In this document: positions 19,186-29,240 of the stretch, in pieces
How the letters are laid out: every line of letters begins with the position of its first letter
Numbering within the stretch: the stretch's first letter is position 1
Origin: Ferruginibacter sp.
GTDB lineage: Bacteria; Bacteroidota; Bacteroidia; Chitinophagales; Chitinophagaceae
NCBI GenBank assembly: GCA_025352625.1
Contig: JANXSR010000134.1
Location: 4,754-68,753, forward strand
Direction: 5' to 3'
Length of the DNA: 64,000 nt
Program-made: the position numbers and the translations under genes
The notes under the pieces: model-generated
The model's input: only the letters and a program-made list of their open reading frames with translations
Database searches by the model: none
Told to the model about the DNA's origin: nothing

Positions 19186-19953
19186 CTATTTAATGAGTAA
19201 TTTTTTGAATGCGGCACTATCGCCGTTAAATACGTTGAAATCAACATAAGCATTAATACCATTTACTTGCCCTGTTTCGTTGTGCTGCCAAAAAATCCAG
19301 TTGCGTTCTATGTGCGGTTTATCTTTTACCAAATAATGCGCCACCCACAAAGGGTAGTCATCAAACTTATCTCCCAGAAAATTTTTATAAAAAAAAGCGT
19401 TGGTATAAATAATGGGTTTTACATGGTAATGCGCTTCAACCAACAGCAGCCATTCCAATATTCCCAATTGTAATTTAGGTATACTTGTTCCGTTTACATG
19501 TTCTATGTCTAACACCGGTGGCAAATCTCCGCTGTCAAGATTTACTGTTTCTATAAAATTTTCTGCCTGCGCTTTACCGCTTTTAGATGGGATAAAAAAA
19601 TGGTATGCTCCCCTGGGTATGTCTGCCTTTTTTGCTGCGGCCCAGTTTTTCTTAAACTGATCATCTACATTTTGTATGCCCTCTGTAGCTTTTATAAATC
19701 CAAACCCAATTTTTATATTTTTAATCTGCATGGCTTTCACATCCTCCCAATCAATAGTAGATTGATGTCGGCTAACATCAATGCCGTGTATGGTATAATT
19801 TACAGGCATATCAATTCCAAACCCGGGATAGCGTACAAACCTTGGCTTATTTAGAAAATAAAGGCTATAATAAGTTGCAGCTGCAATTGCGAGTAGTGCA
19901 ATGGAGATGATAATTGTTCTTTTTGCCGGATTTTTCTTTCTTCTTTTTGCCAC
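19186..19953 (-). CDS. Glycoside hydrolase family 25 muramidase with N-terminal signal-anchor
   Basis: 255 aa. GH25 start motif (GIDVSRHQSTIDWEDV, FGFIKATEG) preceded by a basic N-terminus plus one TM (KRTIIISIALLAIAAATYYSLYFL). Confidence 0.85.
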   Translation of the reverse strand: MAKRRKKNPAKRTIIISIALLAIAAATYYSLYFLNKPRFVRYPGFGIDMPVNYTIHGIDVSRHQSTIDWEDVKAMQIKNIKIGFGFIKATEGIQNVDDQFKKNWAAAKKADIPRGAYHFFIPSKSGKAQAENFIETVNLDSGDLPPVLDIEHVNGTSIPKLQLGILEWLLLVEAHYHVKPIIYTNAFFYKNFLGDKFDDYPLWVAHYLVKDKPHIERNWIFWQHNETGQVNGINAYVDFNVFNGDSAAFKKLLIK

Positions 19954-20088
19954 AATTTTTTAAATGCTGTGCAAAAGTGCATAAAAGTAGTAACACTACC
20001 TGTTTTATTAGTAGCAATTGCTGTTGTTAAAAAGTTGAATTAGCTTTTTTTTTAACAAGTAAAAGCAATATTAACTTTCCCTCGCCGT

Positions 20089-20096
20089 TAAATTTG
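20089..20096 (+). promoter_or_regulatory. Bacteroidota -7 promoter box TAnnTTTG
   Basis: Exact TAAATTTG, 35 nt upstream of the ATG at 20132. Confidence 0.35.
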
Positions 20097-20131
20097 CACC
20101 CTTTATAAATCTTACAAAATCCAAAAAAAGC

Positions 20132-21040
20132 ATGGTTATAAAAAACAGTCTTCCTTATAAATTTGTGTACTCACTCATAATTATAGCGATTGCTTTTGCC
20201 GATACAGCAAAAAGTTTTGCGCAAACCAATGTGGATTCAACAAAGCATATATTATTAGCATCCTTCAATCTAAAGAATACGCCAAGGTATATTCTTAAAG
20301 AGTCTAATGTACTTTTTCCTGATATCCTTAAAGGAAATGAAGCGCTTTCATCTGACTACATAGCTACGTTTAGCAGTAAAAGAAAGGAATACCTCATGCG
20401 GATGTACACAAAAGGAAAAAAGTTTTTACCTAAAGTAAATACCATTTTAAAAAAATACGATCTGCCTGAGGAGCTGGGTATTTTAATGATATTGGAGTCT
20501 GCGTGTAATGCCAATGCCGTCTCAAAAGCGGGTGCTGTTGGCTATTGGCAAATTATGGATGAGGTAGCAAAAGAATATGGTTTAAAATATGTGGAGCAAA
20601 TGAGTGTGGAAGAGAAGAAAAAGCTGCTACGTTTAAATGCAAAAAAAGCCCATGCAAAGTTTAAGGCGATGGCTAAACAAAAAGATGACCGTAAAAATTT
20701 TAATAAATCAACGGTAGTGGCAGCCCGATACCTTAAAGCCCGCAGAGTAAACCTGGACAACAATTGGTTGTTAGTAGTAGCAAGTTATAATTGCGGTATA
20801 GGCAATGTTTGGCATGCTATGGAAAAAAGCGGAAAGCCAACCCCTGATTTTTGGGATATTAAAAAACTTTTACCGGCCGAGACACAAGCTTATGTTATGA
20901 ACTTTATTACCCTGAATGTTATTTTTCATAATTACGAGAATTTTATAAAAAACAATTTGAATTTTACCCCGGTAGAAATTTTGGTACCGGAAAATTTTGA
21001 ACAAAGCAGCGACGAGCAATTAAGTGATATAGCGAATTAG
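20132..21040 (+). CDS. Lytic transglycosylase (SLT domain) protein
   Basis: 302 aa. Signal peptide, catalytic-Glu motif LESACNANAVSKAGAVGYWQIM, and the downstream SYNCG motif. Confidence 0.8.
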   Translation: MVIKNSLPYKFVYSLIIIAIAFADTAKSFAQTNVDSTKHILLASFNLKNTPRYILKESNVLFPDILKGNEALSSDYIATFSSKRKEYLMRMYTKGKKFLPKVNTILKKYDLPEELGILMILESACNANAVSKAGAVGYWQIMDEVAKEYGLKYVEQMSVEEKKKLLRLNAKKAHAKFKAMAKQKDDRKNFNKSTVVAARYLKARRVNLDNNWLLVVASYNCGIGNVWHAMEKSGKPTPDFWDIKKLLPAETQAYVMNFITLNVIFHNYENFIKNNLNFTPVEILVPENFEQSSDEQLSDIAN

Positions 21041-21072
21041 TTTCGATAAGCGTAATTGAAATCTTTTAAATT

Positions 21073-21102
21073 AAAAACCGGTATGAAGATGCCGGTTTTT
21101 TT
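21073..21102 (+). terminator. Rho-independent terminator
   Basis: aaaaaccgg (21073-21081) / ccggttttt stem with a 10-nt loop and a run of 7 T, 33 nt after the SLT gene stop. Confidence 0.7.
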
Positions 21103-21137
21103 CATTTAATAAACGCCTGATGAACTAACTTCGCTAC

Positions 21138-22169
21138 ATGCCCCAAATTAATTGGAATGACACTGTTAACCTGGCAAGCAAAATTACTTTCCGCCGATTT
21201 TGGAATGGGATTAAAGTGCTTGGTAGTTTTTATGCAAGCAGGTTGTTGCATAAATCTGTGCAATGGGGCTACCCGGTATCAATTTCTTTTGAACCAACCA
21301 CGAGTTGTAATCTTCGGTGCCCGGAGTGTCCCAGTGGGTTAAGGGCTTTTACAAGGCCAACGGGCATGTTGCAAAAAGATTTTTTTACCCGAACCATTGA
21401 TGAAATTCACCGGGAATTATTGTACCTTATTTTTTACTTTCAGGGTGAGCCTTATTTAAACCCCGATTTTTTAGACATGGTAAAATATGCCGGAAGCAAG
21501 GGCATTTATACCGCAACATCTACCAATGCCCATTATCTTACAGACGCTATTGCAAAAAGAACCATTGAAAGCGGTTTAGACAGGCTGATCATTTCTATCG
21601 ACGGCACCACCCAGGATGTATACCAACAATACAGGGTTGGTGGCAATATTGATAAAGTAATTGAAGGAGCAAAAAAAATTGTAAAGTGGAAAAAGGAACT
21701 TAACAGCAAAACGCCTTTTGTATTTTTTCAGTTTTTAGTGGTTAAGCCAAATGAACACCAGATTGAAGAAATTAAAAAACTGGCAAAAGAAATTGGAGTA
21801 GATGAAGTTCGGTTTAAAACTGCGCAGGTGTATGATTACGAAACAGATCCCAATAAACTGATCCCCACTATTGATAAATTTAGCCGGTATAAAAAAAATA
21901 CGGATGGGGGGTATACTCCAAAAAATAAATTAGCCAACCGTTGCTGGAAAATGCAACATGCCAATGTAATAACCTGGGATGGACTGGTAGTGCCGTGTTG
22001 CTTTGATAAAGATGCAATGCACCAGTTAGGCAATTTAAAAAATCAATCTTTTAAAGAAGTATGGAACAATGATAATTACAAACAGTTTAGGAGCCAATTG
22101 ATGAACAGCCGGAAAAATATTGATATTTGTGCTAATTGTAGTGAGGGTGCTTCTGTTTGGAAAGACTAA
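21138..22169 (+). CDS. Radical SAM / SPASM-domain protein
   Basis: 343 aa. CxxxCxxC cluster (CNLRCPEC) and C-terminal SPASM-type cysteines (CWK..., PCCFD, CANCSEG). Confidence 0.85.
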   Translation: MPQINWNDTVNLASKITFRRFWNGIKVLGSFYASRLLHKSVQWGYPVSISFEPTTSCNLRCPECPSGLRAFTRPTGMLQKDFFTRTIDEIHRELLYLIFYFQGEPYLNPDFLDMVKYAGSKGIYTATSTNAHYLTDAIAKRTIESGLDRLIISIDGTTQDVYQQYRVGGNIDKVIEGAKKIVKWKKELNSKTPFVFFQFLVVKPNEHQIEEIKKLAKEIGVDEVRFKTAQVYDYETDPNKLIPTIDKFSRYKKNTDGGYTPKNKLANRCWKMQHANVITWDGLVVPCCFDKDAMHQLGNLKNQSFKEVWNNDNYKQFRSQLMNSRKNIDICANCSEGASVWKD

Positions 22170-22263
22170 TTTTTTTGACAACTTTATTACAATATAACAA
22201 ATCTCTTATTTCATTACGTTTTATAATAAACTGTAGTGGCTTGTATTTTGCTTAGTTTATAAT

Positions 22264-23301
22264 ATGCCAAACATTACGTTTAACAACCGGTTACGCCAAA
22301 TCATTTTGATTGGCATAATAATTTTTCTCACAATACTATTTGTGCTTCAATTAAGTATTTTTTTACCCGGCTTGTTGGGTGGGATTACTTTGTATATTCT
22401 TACCCGTAAAGAATATCAAAAGCTAACCCAGCAAAAAAAATGGCATAAAGGGTTAACAGCATTTTTATTCATTCTGGGATCCTTAATAATCATCTCTATT
22501 CCTGTATATTTTTCCATCAGAATGGTAACGCCAAAAATTAATTCATTAATAAATAGCCAGCATGAGGTAATGCAGGGGCTTAAAATTTTTTCAGATAAAA
22601 TTGAGTCTTCCTTCGGGTTAAAATTATTTACGGATGAAAATGCCAAATCTATCTCAACCAAAATATCTTCCTTTATTCCCGGGTTATTAAATGGCACACT
22701 CAATCTGTTAACCAATTTACTTATGATGTTTTTTTTGTTGTATTATTTATTGATCAACGGAACTGCCATAGAAAAATATTTAAACCATATCATTCCATTA
22801 GAGCCTGAAAATGTAGACAAACTTGCCAGCGAAACCATTTTAATGATCAGGGCCAATGCCATTGGCATTCCCATTATATGTATTGTGCAGGGTACGGTTG
22901 CAGCAATAGGTTATTTAATTTTTGGAGTTAAGGAGTGGGCAATGTGGGGATTTGTAACAGGCGTATTTGCATTTTTTCCGCTGGTAGGCACCATGATTAT
23001 TTGGGTACCGTTGGTAATCTACCTTTACTCAACCGGGCAAAACTTTACTGCAACCTGGCTTACATTTTACAGCATTATCATCACAGGAAATGTTGACTAC
23101 ATTACCAGATTGGGTTTATTAAAAAAGATGGGTAATGTGCACCCCATGGTAACCGTACTGGGAGTAATAGTTGGCCTTAAACTATTTGGGTTTATGGGAT
23201 TAATATTTGGCCCTTTGCTTATTAGCTATTTTATTATCTTGATAAAAATTTATATCAACGAATTTACCACTACAGAGAATAATAAAGATTCAGTAACATG
23301 A
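22264..23301 (+). CDS. AI-2E (PerM/YhhT) family transporter
   Basis: 345 aa. Multi-TM layout with the conserved C-terminal region (GLIFGPLLISYF) typical of the AI-2E family. Confidence 0.8.
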   Translation: MPNITFNNRLRQIILIGIIIFLTILFVLQLSIFLPGLLGGITLYILTRKEYQKLTQQKKWHKGLTAFLFILGSLIIISIPVYFSIRMVTPKINSLINSQHEVMQGLKIFSDKIESSFGLKLFTDENAKSISTKISSFIPGLLNGTLNLLTNLLMMFFLLYYLLINGTAIEKYLNHIIPLEPENVDKLASETILMIRANAIGIPIICIVQGTVAAIGYLIFGVKEWAMWGFVTGVFAFFPLVGTMIIWVPLVIYLYSTGQNFTATWLTFYSIIITGNVDYITRLGLLKKMGNVHPMVTVLGVIVGLKLFGFMGLIFGPLLISYFIILIKIYINEFTTTENNKDSVT

Positions 23302-23750
23302 GTATAGATAAAGACATTAAACAAGGTAGTTTTAAAAGCGAGTACCAACGGGCCATGGTTAATTTAATTTTTACTTACCATTGGACAACCGAACAATTGA
23401 AACACTTATTTGATGGGGAAGACCTAACCATGCAGCAATTTAATATTTTGCGAATTTTAAGAGGTAGCGAAATCCCTTTATCAACCCTACAAATTAGGGA
23501 GCGTATGCTGGATAAAATGAGTGATACAAGCCGCATAGTAGACCGGCTGATTTTGAAAGGACTTGTAAAAAAGATAACCTGCAAATCAGATAAACGCCTT
23601 GTTGATGTAAGCATTACCACTGCCGGATTAAAAGTATTGGATAAACTGGATTTGCATGAAGAGAAAATGGAAAATATTTTAAGGTCACTTACAGAAGAAG
23701 AAGCCATCACGTTTAATAAATTATTAGATAAAATCCGTCATTCCAATTAA
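23298..23750 (+). CDS. MarR-family transcriptional regulator
   Basis: 150 aa. Winged HTH (LTMQQFNILRIL ... DKRLVDVSITTAG). ATGA overlap with the transporter gene. Confidence 0.85.
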   Translation: MSIDKDIKQGSFKSEYQRAMVNLIFTYHWTTEQLKHLFDGEDLTMQQFNILRILRGSEIPLSTLQIRERMLDKMSDTSRIVDRLILKGLVKKITCKSDKRLVDVSITTAGLKVLDKLDLHEEKMENILRSLTEEEAITFNKLLDKIRHSN

Positions 23751-23758
23751 TAGCTATA

Positions 23759-24964
23759 ATGCAGTATAAATTTTTGATCTTTTTAATTATAGGAAGCATT
23801 TCTTTTAATCCCAATGTAAACGCTCAAACCAAACCGGAATTTCGGGGCGTATGGGTAGCCACTGTAGATAATATTGACTGGCCCTCAGCCGGAAATTTTA
23901 ACAGCGATTCTCAAAAAGTTGAGTTTCTAAAACTACTCGACATGCACCAACGCAATGGGATTAATGCCTTAATTGTTCAGGTGCGTCCTGCAGCAGATGC
24001 TTTTTATCCCTCGCAATTTGAACCCTGGAGCGAATGGCTTACCGGTAAACAAGGGCAGCCTCCTTATCCTTATTACGATCCACTTGAGTTTATGATAACT
24101 GAAACGCACAAACGTGGAATGGCCTTTCATGCCTGGATGAATCCTTACAGGGCTGAGTTTAACCTTGGGGTATCTTCTATTTCGCCCACCCATATTACAA
24201 AGCTTCATCCGGAGTGGTTTTTAAATTACGGAGACAAAAAATATTTCGACCCGGGAAATAAGGCGGTACAGCAATATGTTGCCAATGTGGTTAAAGATGT
24301 GGTAAGCAGGTATCCCGTAGATGCCATACATTTTGATGATTATTTTTATCCATACCGCATTGCAGGCAAAGAATTTCCGGATAATACTACCTATGAGCAG
24401 TTTGGTAATGGTTTAAAAAAAGATAACTGGAGAAGAAGTAACACCGATTCCATTATTGCTTTACTTAGCAGGGTTATTAAGGCTGCAAATAAAACCTGCC
24501 AGTTTGGAATCAGCCCCTTTGGAATTTGGCGCAGTAAAGAGCGTGACCCAATAAACGGAAGTAACACCAATGGAGGCGCAAGTGATTATGATGACTTGTA
24601 TGCTGATATTTTATTATGGTTAAAAAATGGCTGGATAGATTATGTAGCACCACAGCTATATTGGGAGTTTAGTCACCGCACTGCCCCCTACAATGTTTTA
24701 TTAGACTGGTGGAACAATCATACATTCGGCAGGCAATGTTATATTGGACTGGGTATTTATAAAGCAAATACGAATAAAGCATGGAGAGACCCTACACAGC
24801 TAACCAGGCAAATTGATGCTTTGCGCAGCAAACCAAATATACAAGGGATGATTTTTTTTAGCAGCAAAAGCTTTGAAAACAATCCAAATGGCTGGAGTGA
24901 CAGTCTACGATTGCATTATTTTAAAGACCCCGCAACATTGCCTGCAATGGAATGGTTAAAATAA
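23759..24964 (+). CDS. Family-10-like glycosyl hydrolase (DUF187/YngK-type), secreted
   Basis: 401 aa. Signal peptide, then EFRGVWVATVDNIDWPS, characteristic of the GHL10/DUF187 family. Confidence 0.7.
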   Translation: MQYKFLIFLIIGSISFNPNVNAQTKPEFRGVWVATVDNIDWPSAGNFNSDSQKVEFLKLLDMHQRNGINALIVQVRPAADAFYPSQFEPWSEWLTGKQGQPPYPYYDPLEFMITETHKRGMAFHAWMNPYRAEFNLGVSSISPTHITKLHPEWFLNYGDKKYFDPGNKAVQQYVANVVKDVVSRYPVDAIHFDDYFYPYRIAGKEFPDNTTYEQFGNGLKKDNWRRSNTDSIIALLSRVIKAANKTCQFGISPFGIWRSKERDPINGSNTNGGASDYDDLYADILLWLKNGWIDYVAPQLYWEFSHRTAPYNVLLDWWNNHTFGRQCYIGLGIYKANTNKAWRDPTQLTRQIDALRSKPNIQGMIFFSSKSFENNPNGWSDSLRLHYFKDPATLPAMEWLK

Positions 24965-25011
24965 TTTTTGCCTTTTAGTTATGCCTACGTTGTGGCAGTG
25001 TATACTAAAAT

Positions 25012-25035
25012 AAACCCTAATGGGTTTTATAATTT
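25012..25035 (+). terminator. Possible Rho-independent terminator
   Basis: aaaccc-taat-gggttt hairpin followed by a T/A-rich tract, 48 nt after the stop at 24964. The stem is short. Confidence 0.4.
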
Positions 25036-25083
25036 TGAATATTATCAGTTCTTTTTTCAATAATTGTACATACCTATTTTCTC

Positions 25084-25091
25084 TACCTTTG
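25084..25091 (+). promoter_or_regulatory. Bacteroidota -7 promoter box TAnnTTTG
   Basis: Exact TACCTTTG with a TTG at 25064-25066 (17-nt spacer). It lies 39 nt upstream of the ATG at 25131. Confidence 0.4.
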
Positions 25092-25130
25092 TATTGCAGG
25101 CTTATTTATTATTAATATTAAATTTATCAT

Positions 25131-26351
25131 ATGCCCGGTTTTGAATTTTTTGGAGCAGAAGAACGCAAAGAAGTAAATGATGTGTTGGAAACAGGAATCC
25201 TTATGCGGTATGGGTTTGATGGCCCCCGAAAAGGCATCTGGAAAGCAAAAGAATTAGAAGAAGCTATTTGCGAAACCTTTGGTTGCAAACACGCCCAATT
25301 GGTAAGCAGTGGCACTGCTGCTTTAACCGCAGCAATGAGCGCTTTGGGTATTGGTTATGGTGATGAAATAATTTTACCCGCATTTACATTTGTAGCAAGT
25401 TTTGAAGCCGTTCTTTCAGTTGGAGCCATCCCCGTTTTAGTTGATGTAGATGATACTTTAACCTTAAACCCAGCTGCGGTTCGAAATGCCATCACCTCCA
25501 AAACAAAATGTGTTATGCCCGTACACATGTGCGGCAGTATGGCAGATATGGATGCACTAGTTGCTATCTGTAAAGAACACAACCTGATTTTGCTGGAAGA
25601 TGCATGTCAGAGTATTGGTGCTACTTATAAAGGAAAAAAACTAGGTACCATTGGAGATGCAGGTACTTTTAGTTTTGATTTTGTAAAAATGATTACCTGC
25701 GCAGAGGGTGGTGTAGTAATGAGCAATAGGGAAGATGTATATATTAATACTGATGGATACAGTGATCATGGACATGACCATAAAGGTGGCTTAGACCGAG
25801 GTGCAGACCTTCATCCGTTTATTGGATATAATTTCCGCATCAGCGAATTACATGCTGCAGTGGGTCTGGCTCAAATAAAAAAGTTAGATAATTTTTTAAA
25901 CCTCCAACGGAATAATAATAAAATGCTCCGGCAAATTTTAGCTGCCATTCCAGAAATTTCTTTCAGAAGAGTACCCGATGAAGCCGGTGACAGTTGTAGT
26001 TTTTTAAGCTGGTTTTTACCTACTGAAGCCATTACAAAAGCAGTAGTAGCAGAATTAAAAGCACAGGGAATATTAGCCGGTAATTTTTACTGGTTTGTAA
26101 ATAACTGGCACTACATCAGTAAATGGGATCATCTTAAAAACGCAATTACCCTTAACCATTTACATCCTGATTTAAAAACTGCTGTTATGCATCATGCAAA
26201 TAAAGATTTTAGTGCCAGTGATGCAGTGATGGGACGCTGTATTTCAACCGCCATTAGTTTATTATGGACTCCGGAACAGATAAAGGTGAAAGGAGAACAA
26301 ATGGTAACCGTGATTAATAAAGTACTAAAGGCTCAACAGGTAACCGCCTGA
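25131..26351 (+). CDS. DegT/DnrJ/EryC1/StrS-family PLP-dependent aminotransferase
   Basis: 406 aa. SGTAALT motif and PLP-lysine context FSFDFVKMITCAEGG. Confidence 0.9.
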   Translation: MPGFEFFGAEERKEVNDVLETGILMRYGFDGPRKGIWKAKELEEAICETFGCKHAQLVSSGTAALTAAMSALGIGYGDEIILPAFTFVASFEAVLSVGAIPVLVDVDDTLTLNPAAVRNAITSKTKCVMPVHMCGSMADMDALVAICKEHNLILLEDACQSIGATYKGKKLGTIGDAGTFSFDFVKMITCAEGGVVMSNREDVYINTDGYSDHGHDHKGGLDRGADLHPFIGYNFRISELHAAVGLAQIKKLDNFLNLQRNNNKMLRQILAAIPEISFRRVPDEAGDSCSFLSWFLPTEAITKAVVAELKAQGILAGNFYWFVNNWHYISKWDHLKNAITLNHLHPDLKTAVMHHANKDFSASDAVMGRCISTAISLLWTPEQIKVKGEQMVTVINKVLKAQQVTA

Positions 26352-26417
26352 TAAAATTAGAAATAAAAGGTAAAAGGCATATGTAGCAATATAGATACCT
26401 TTTTTAATTTAGTTACT

Positions 26418-26735
26418 TCAGCGCTTTCCTTCTAACCGATCGCAATCTTCAACACTCCCCATTCTAAACTTAAAAGAAATTTTAGCAATTTTTTCAAATT
26501 TTATTTCCTGTTTACAAAAAAAACCTAATTGGGTTGAGTAATAATTGGCCGATAAAAATGGTTGTGGGTTAACGGGTATTTCAACATTTTTAATTATTAG
26601 AAACATTGCTGGTATTGGCTTTACGGGTACCTGCAAAAGAATCAAAGCCCCCTTTTGTTGTGGTAAATGTTGCGAAAACATTTTCGGCGCAACAAAAATC
26701 ATGCAGAAAAATAAAATTTTAGCTTTTTTATACAC
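26418..26735 (-). CDS. Small secreted hypothetical protein
   Basis: 105 aa. Signal-like N-terminus and a C-terminal GFFCKQEIKFEK...FRMGS motif that I recall from conserved Bacteroidota hypotheticals. Confidence 0.5.
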   Translation of the reverse strand: MYKKAKILFFCMIFVAPKMFSQHLPQQKGALILLQVPVKPIPAMFLIIKNVEIPVNPQPFLSANYYSTQLGFFCKQEIKFEKIAKISFKFRMGSVEDCDRLEGKR

Positions 26736-26989
26736 TTTTCGAGTTTCAATGTATGTAAATTTACGACTTTATTACACTAGCAGTTTCTTTGTTTAACCGT
26801 TTACCTGGTGGTTAGCCACCTCTTGCCAGCAATTAACTTCAATTAAAGTTCCCCTGGTAGAAAAGTATAAGAGAGTGATTCGCCACGGCGGCAGGCAACA
26901 AAGATTTAGCCATGTAAAGCAACTGCTGGTAATAACATGATTATTTACAAAAAAACAATCAATCACTTTAAGAGATTGAAAAAATAAAT

Positions 26990-28477
26990 ATGGCATTAAG
27001 TCAGGGATTATACCAAAGGCAATTACAAAAATTATCACCCCAGCAAATTCAGTTAATGAAACTGTTGCAGGTACCAACAGCATTGCTCGAAGAACGCATT
27101 AAAGAAGAACTGGAAGAAAATCCTGCGTTGGAAACAGGTGAAGAAGAGGAAGCAGAAGAATTTGAGAACGATGTTACCGAAGAATTTGAAACTCCGGCTG
27201 ATGATTTTGAACCCGATGGCAGTCAGGATGAATATGAAAGTATCGACATAAGTGACTACGTGCAGGATGGAGACGATGATATTGCTGATTATAAAATGCG
27301 GGACGAAAATTATCCTGAGCAGGATGACAGTAAAGTAATTCCACATAAAGTAGAAACAGGTTTTAATGAATTAATGCTGGAGCAGCTAGGACAACTTAGT
27401 TTGGATGAACACAGGCAAAGTGTGGCAGAGCAAATTATTGGCAACCTTGATGATGACGGCTATTTACGAAGAGATATAAGTGCCATTGTTGATGACCTTG
27501 CCTTTAGACAAAATATTATTACAGATGAAGAAGAAATCAGCCAACTGGTTTTACAGATTCAACAGTTTGACCCACCAGGGGTTTGCGCAAGAAACCTACA
27601 GGAATGCTTGCTGATACAACTTGAAAGAAATGTGCACCAGGGCAAGCATATTGAAATGGCAATTAAAGTATTGGATAAATATTTTGAAGAGTTTACGAAA
27701 AAGCATTACGAAAAAATTCAACGGGGATTAAATATTACTGACGATCAGTTAAGAGAAATCATTAATCAGATTATAAAATTGAACCCTAAGCCAGGTGGCA
27801 GTGTGGGTGAAAACAGTAAAGGTGAAGCATATGTGATACCGGATTTTTTTATAATAAACAATGCAGGTAAATTAGAGCTTACCCTCAACAGCAGAAACGC
27901 ACCGGACCTGCGTATCAGCGAAGGTTATCGGGATATGTTAAAAGATTATGACAAGGGTACAAAAAAAGATAAAAGGCAGAAAGAAGCGGTTCTTTTTATT
28001 AAACAAAAAATTGATTCTGCCAAATGGTTTATCGATGCCATTAAGCAACGCCAACATACTTTATTGAGTTCTATGGAAGCTATTATGAATTACCAGTATG
28101 AGTTTTTTGTAACCGGAGATGAGACAGAATTGAGGCCGATGATATTGAAAGATATTGCCGAAAAAACAAATCTTGATATCAGTACCATCAGCCGTGTTGC
28201 CAATAGTAAATTTGTACAGACAGAATTTGGCACCTACCGCTTAAAGTTCTTCTTTAGTGAAAGTTTACAGACAGATAGTGGTGAAGAAGTAAGTACAAGA
28301 GAAGTGAAAAAAATTCTTAGTAATTTAATAGAAGGCGAAAGTAAAAAACGCCCGCTAAGTGATGAACGCTTAACAGAACTGTTACAGGAAAAAGGGTATA
28401 ATATCGCCAGAAGAACTGTTGCCAAATACAGGGAACAATTAAATGTACCTGTGGCAAGATTAAGAAAAGAACTATAA
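26990..28477 (+). CDS. rpoN: RNA polymerase sigma-54 factor
   Basis: 495 aa. Gln/Leu-rich region I (LQQKLSPQQIQLMKLLQ), an acidic region II and a C-terminal RpoN box (ARRTVAKYRE). Confidence 0.95.
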   Translation: MALSQGLYQRQLQKLSPQQIQLMKLLQVPTALLEERIKEELEENPALETGEEEEAEEFENDVTEEFETPADDFEPDGSQDEYESIDISDYVQDGDDDIADYKMRDENYPEQDDSKVIPHKVETGFNELMLEQLGQLSLDEHRQSVAEQIIGNLDDDGYLRRDISAIVDDLAFRQNIITDEEEISQLVLQIQQFDPPGVCARNLQECLLIQLERNVHQGKHIEMAIKVLDKYFEEFTKKHYEKIQRGLNITDDQLREIINQIIKLNPKPGGSVGENSKGEAYVIPDFFIINNAGKLELTLNSRNAPDLRISEGYRDMLKDYDKGTKKDKRQKEAVLFIKQKIDSAKWFIDAIKQRQHTLLSSMEAIMNYQYEFFVTGDETELRPMILKDIAEKTNLDISTISRVANSKFVQTEFGTYRLKFFFSESLQTDSGEEVSTREVKKILSNLIEGESKKRPLSDERLTELLQEKGYNIARRTVAKYREQLNVPVARLRKEL

Positions 28478-28513
28478 CCTTCCCTTTTTTATAAAAGAAA
28501 TAAAAAGCAACAA

Positions 28514-29197
28514 ATGTTCAATAGCGAATTGTCAATTGACGGAAATTTGAATCCGGTTACTAAAAGCCGGCAGCCTGTTATTGTACTTTTTTTTGCTCAT
28601 TTTTTTTCTTACGTTTTTCATCCCTTGTTTATTCCTTTCTATGTAAGCTGGTTTATCGAATTTATACACCCATCTTATTTTTCGGGGTTTAGTGATGCAG
28701 GTAAAAAAAGAGTACTGGTTATGGTTACAATAAACGCCATTGCGTTTCCATTTATAACAGTGATTTTACTAAAAGCCCTTGGGTTTATTGATTCTTTTTT
28801 TCTTCGTACACAAAGAGATCGTATTATTCCTTACATCGCATCCATGACCTTCTTCTTTTGGGCACAATATGCTTTAAGAGAACAACCGGAAATACCAAGA
28901 ATATTGGTAGCCTTTATGTTTGGTGTTTTTATTTCTTCCGCAGCAGCACTCATTGCAAATATTTATTTTAAGGTATCTATGCACGCCATTGGTATGGGTG
29001 GTTTAACAGGGATGTTTTTTGTAATAATGCAACAAAATACCATGTTGATGACCTGGCCTTTAAGTGCTGGGTTATTAATTGCCGGGCTGGTTTGCACTTC
29101 CCGGTTGATTGTAAGCGATCATACCCCAAAAGATATTTATAGTGGATTGTTAATTGGTTTTATTTGCCAGTTAATTGGTGCCTCCATTCAGTTATAA
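28514..29197 (+). CDS. PAP2-superfamily-like integral membrane protein
   Basis: 227 aa, multi-TM. The SRLIVSDHTPKD stretch fits PAP2 motif 3 (SRx5Hx3D), and SMHA fits the motif-2 position. Confidence 0.5.
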   Translation: MFNSELSIDGNLNPVTKSRQPVIVLFFAHFFSYVFHPLFIPFYVSWFIEFIHPSYFSGFSDAGKKRVLVMVTINAIAFPFITVILLKALGFIDSFFLRTQRDRIIPYIASMTFFFWAQYALREQPEIPRILVAFMFGVFISSAAALIANIYFKVSMHAIGMGGLTGMFFVIMQQNTMLMTWPLSAGLLIAGLVCTSRLIVSDHTPKDIYSGLLIGFICQLIGASIQL

Positions 29198-29206
29198 AAA
29201 TGAAGA

Positions 29207-29240
29207 GGCCCCGTCCAATATCGGGGCCATCTTTCTTCTG
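29207..29240 (+). terminator. Rho-independent terminator
   Basis: ggccccg (29207-29213) / cggggcc (29222-29228) stem with an 8-nt loop, followed by atctttcttct. Confidence 0.6.
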
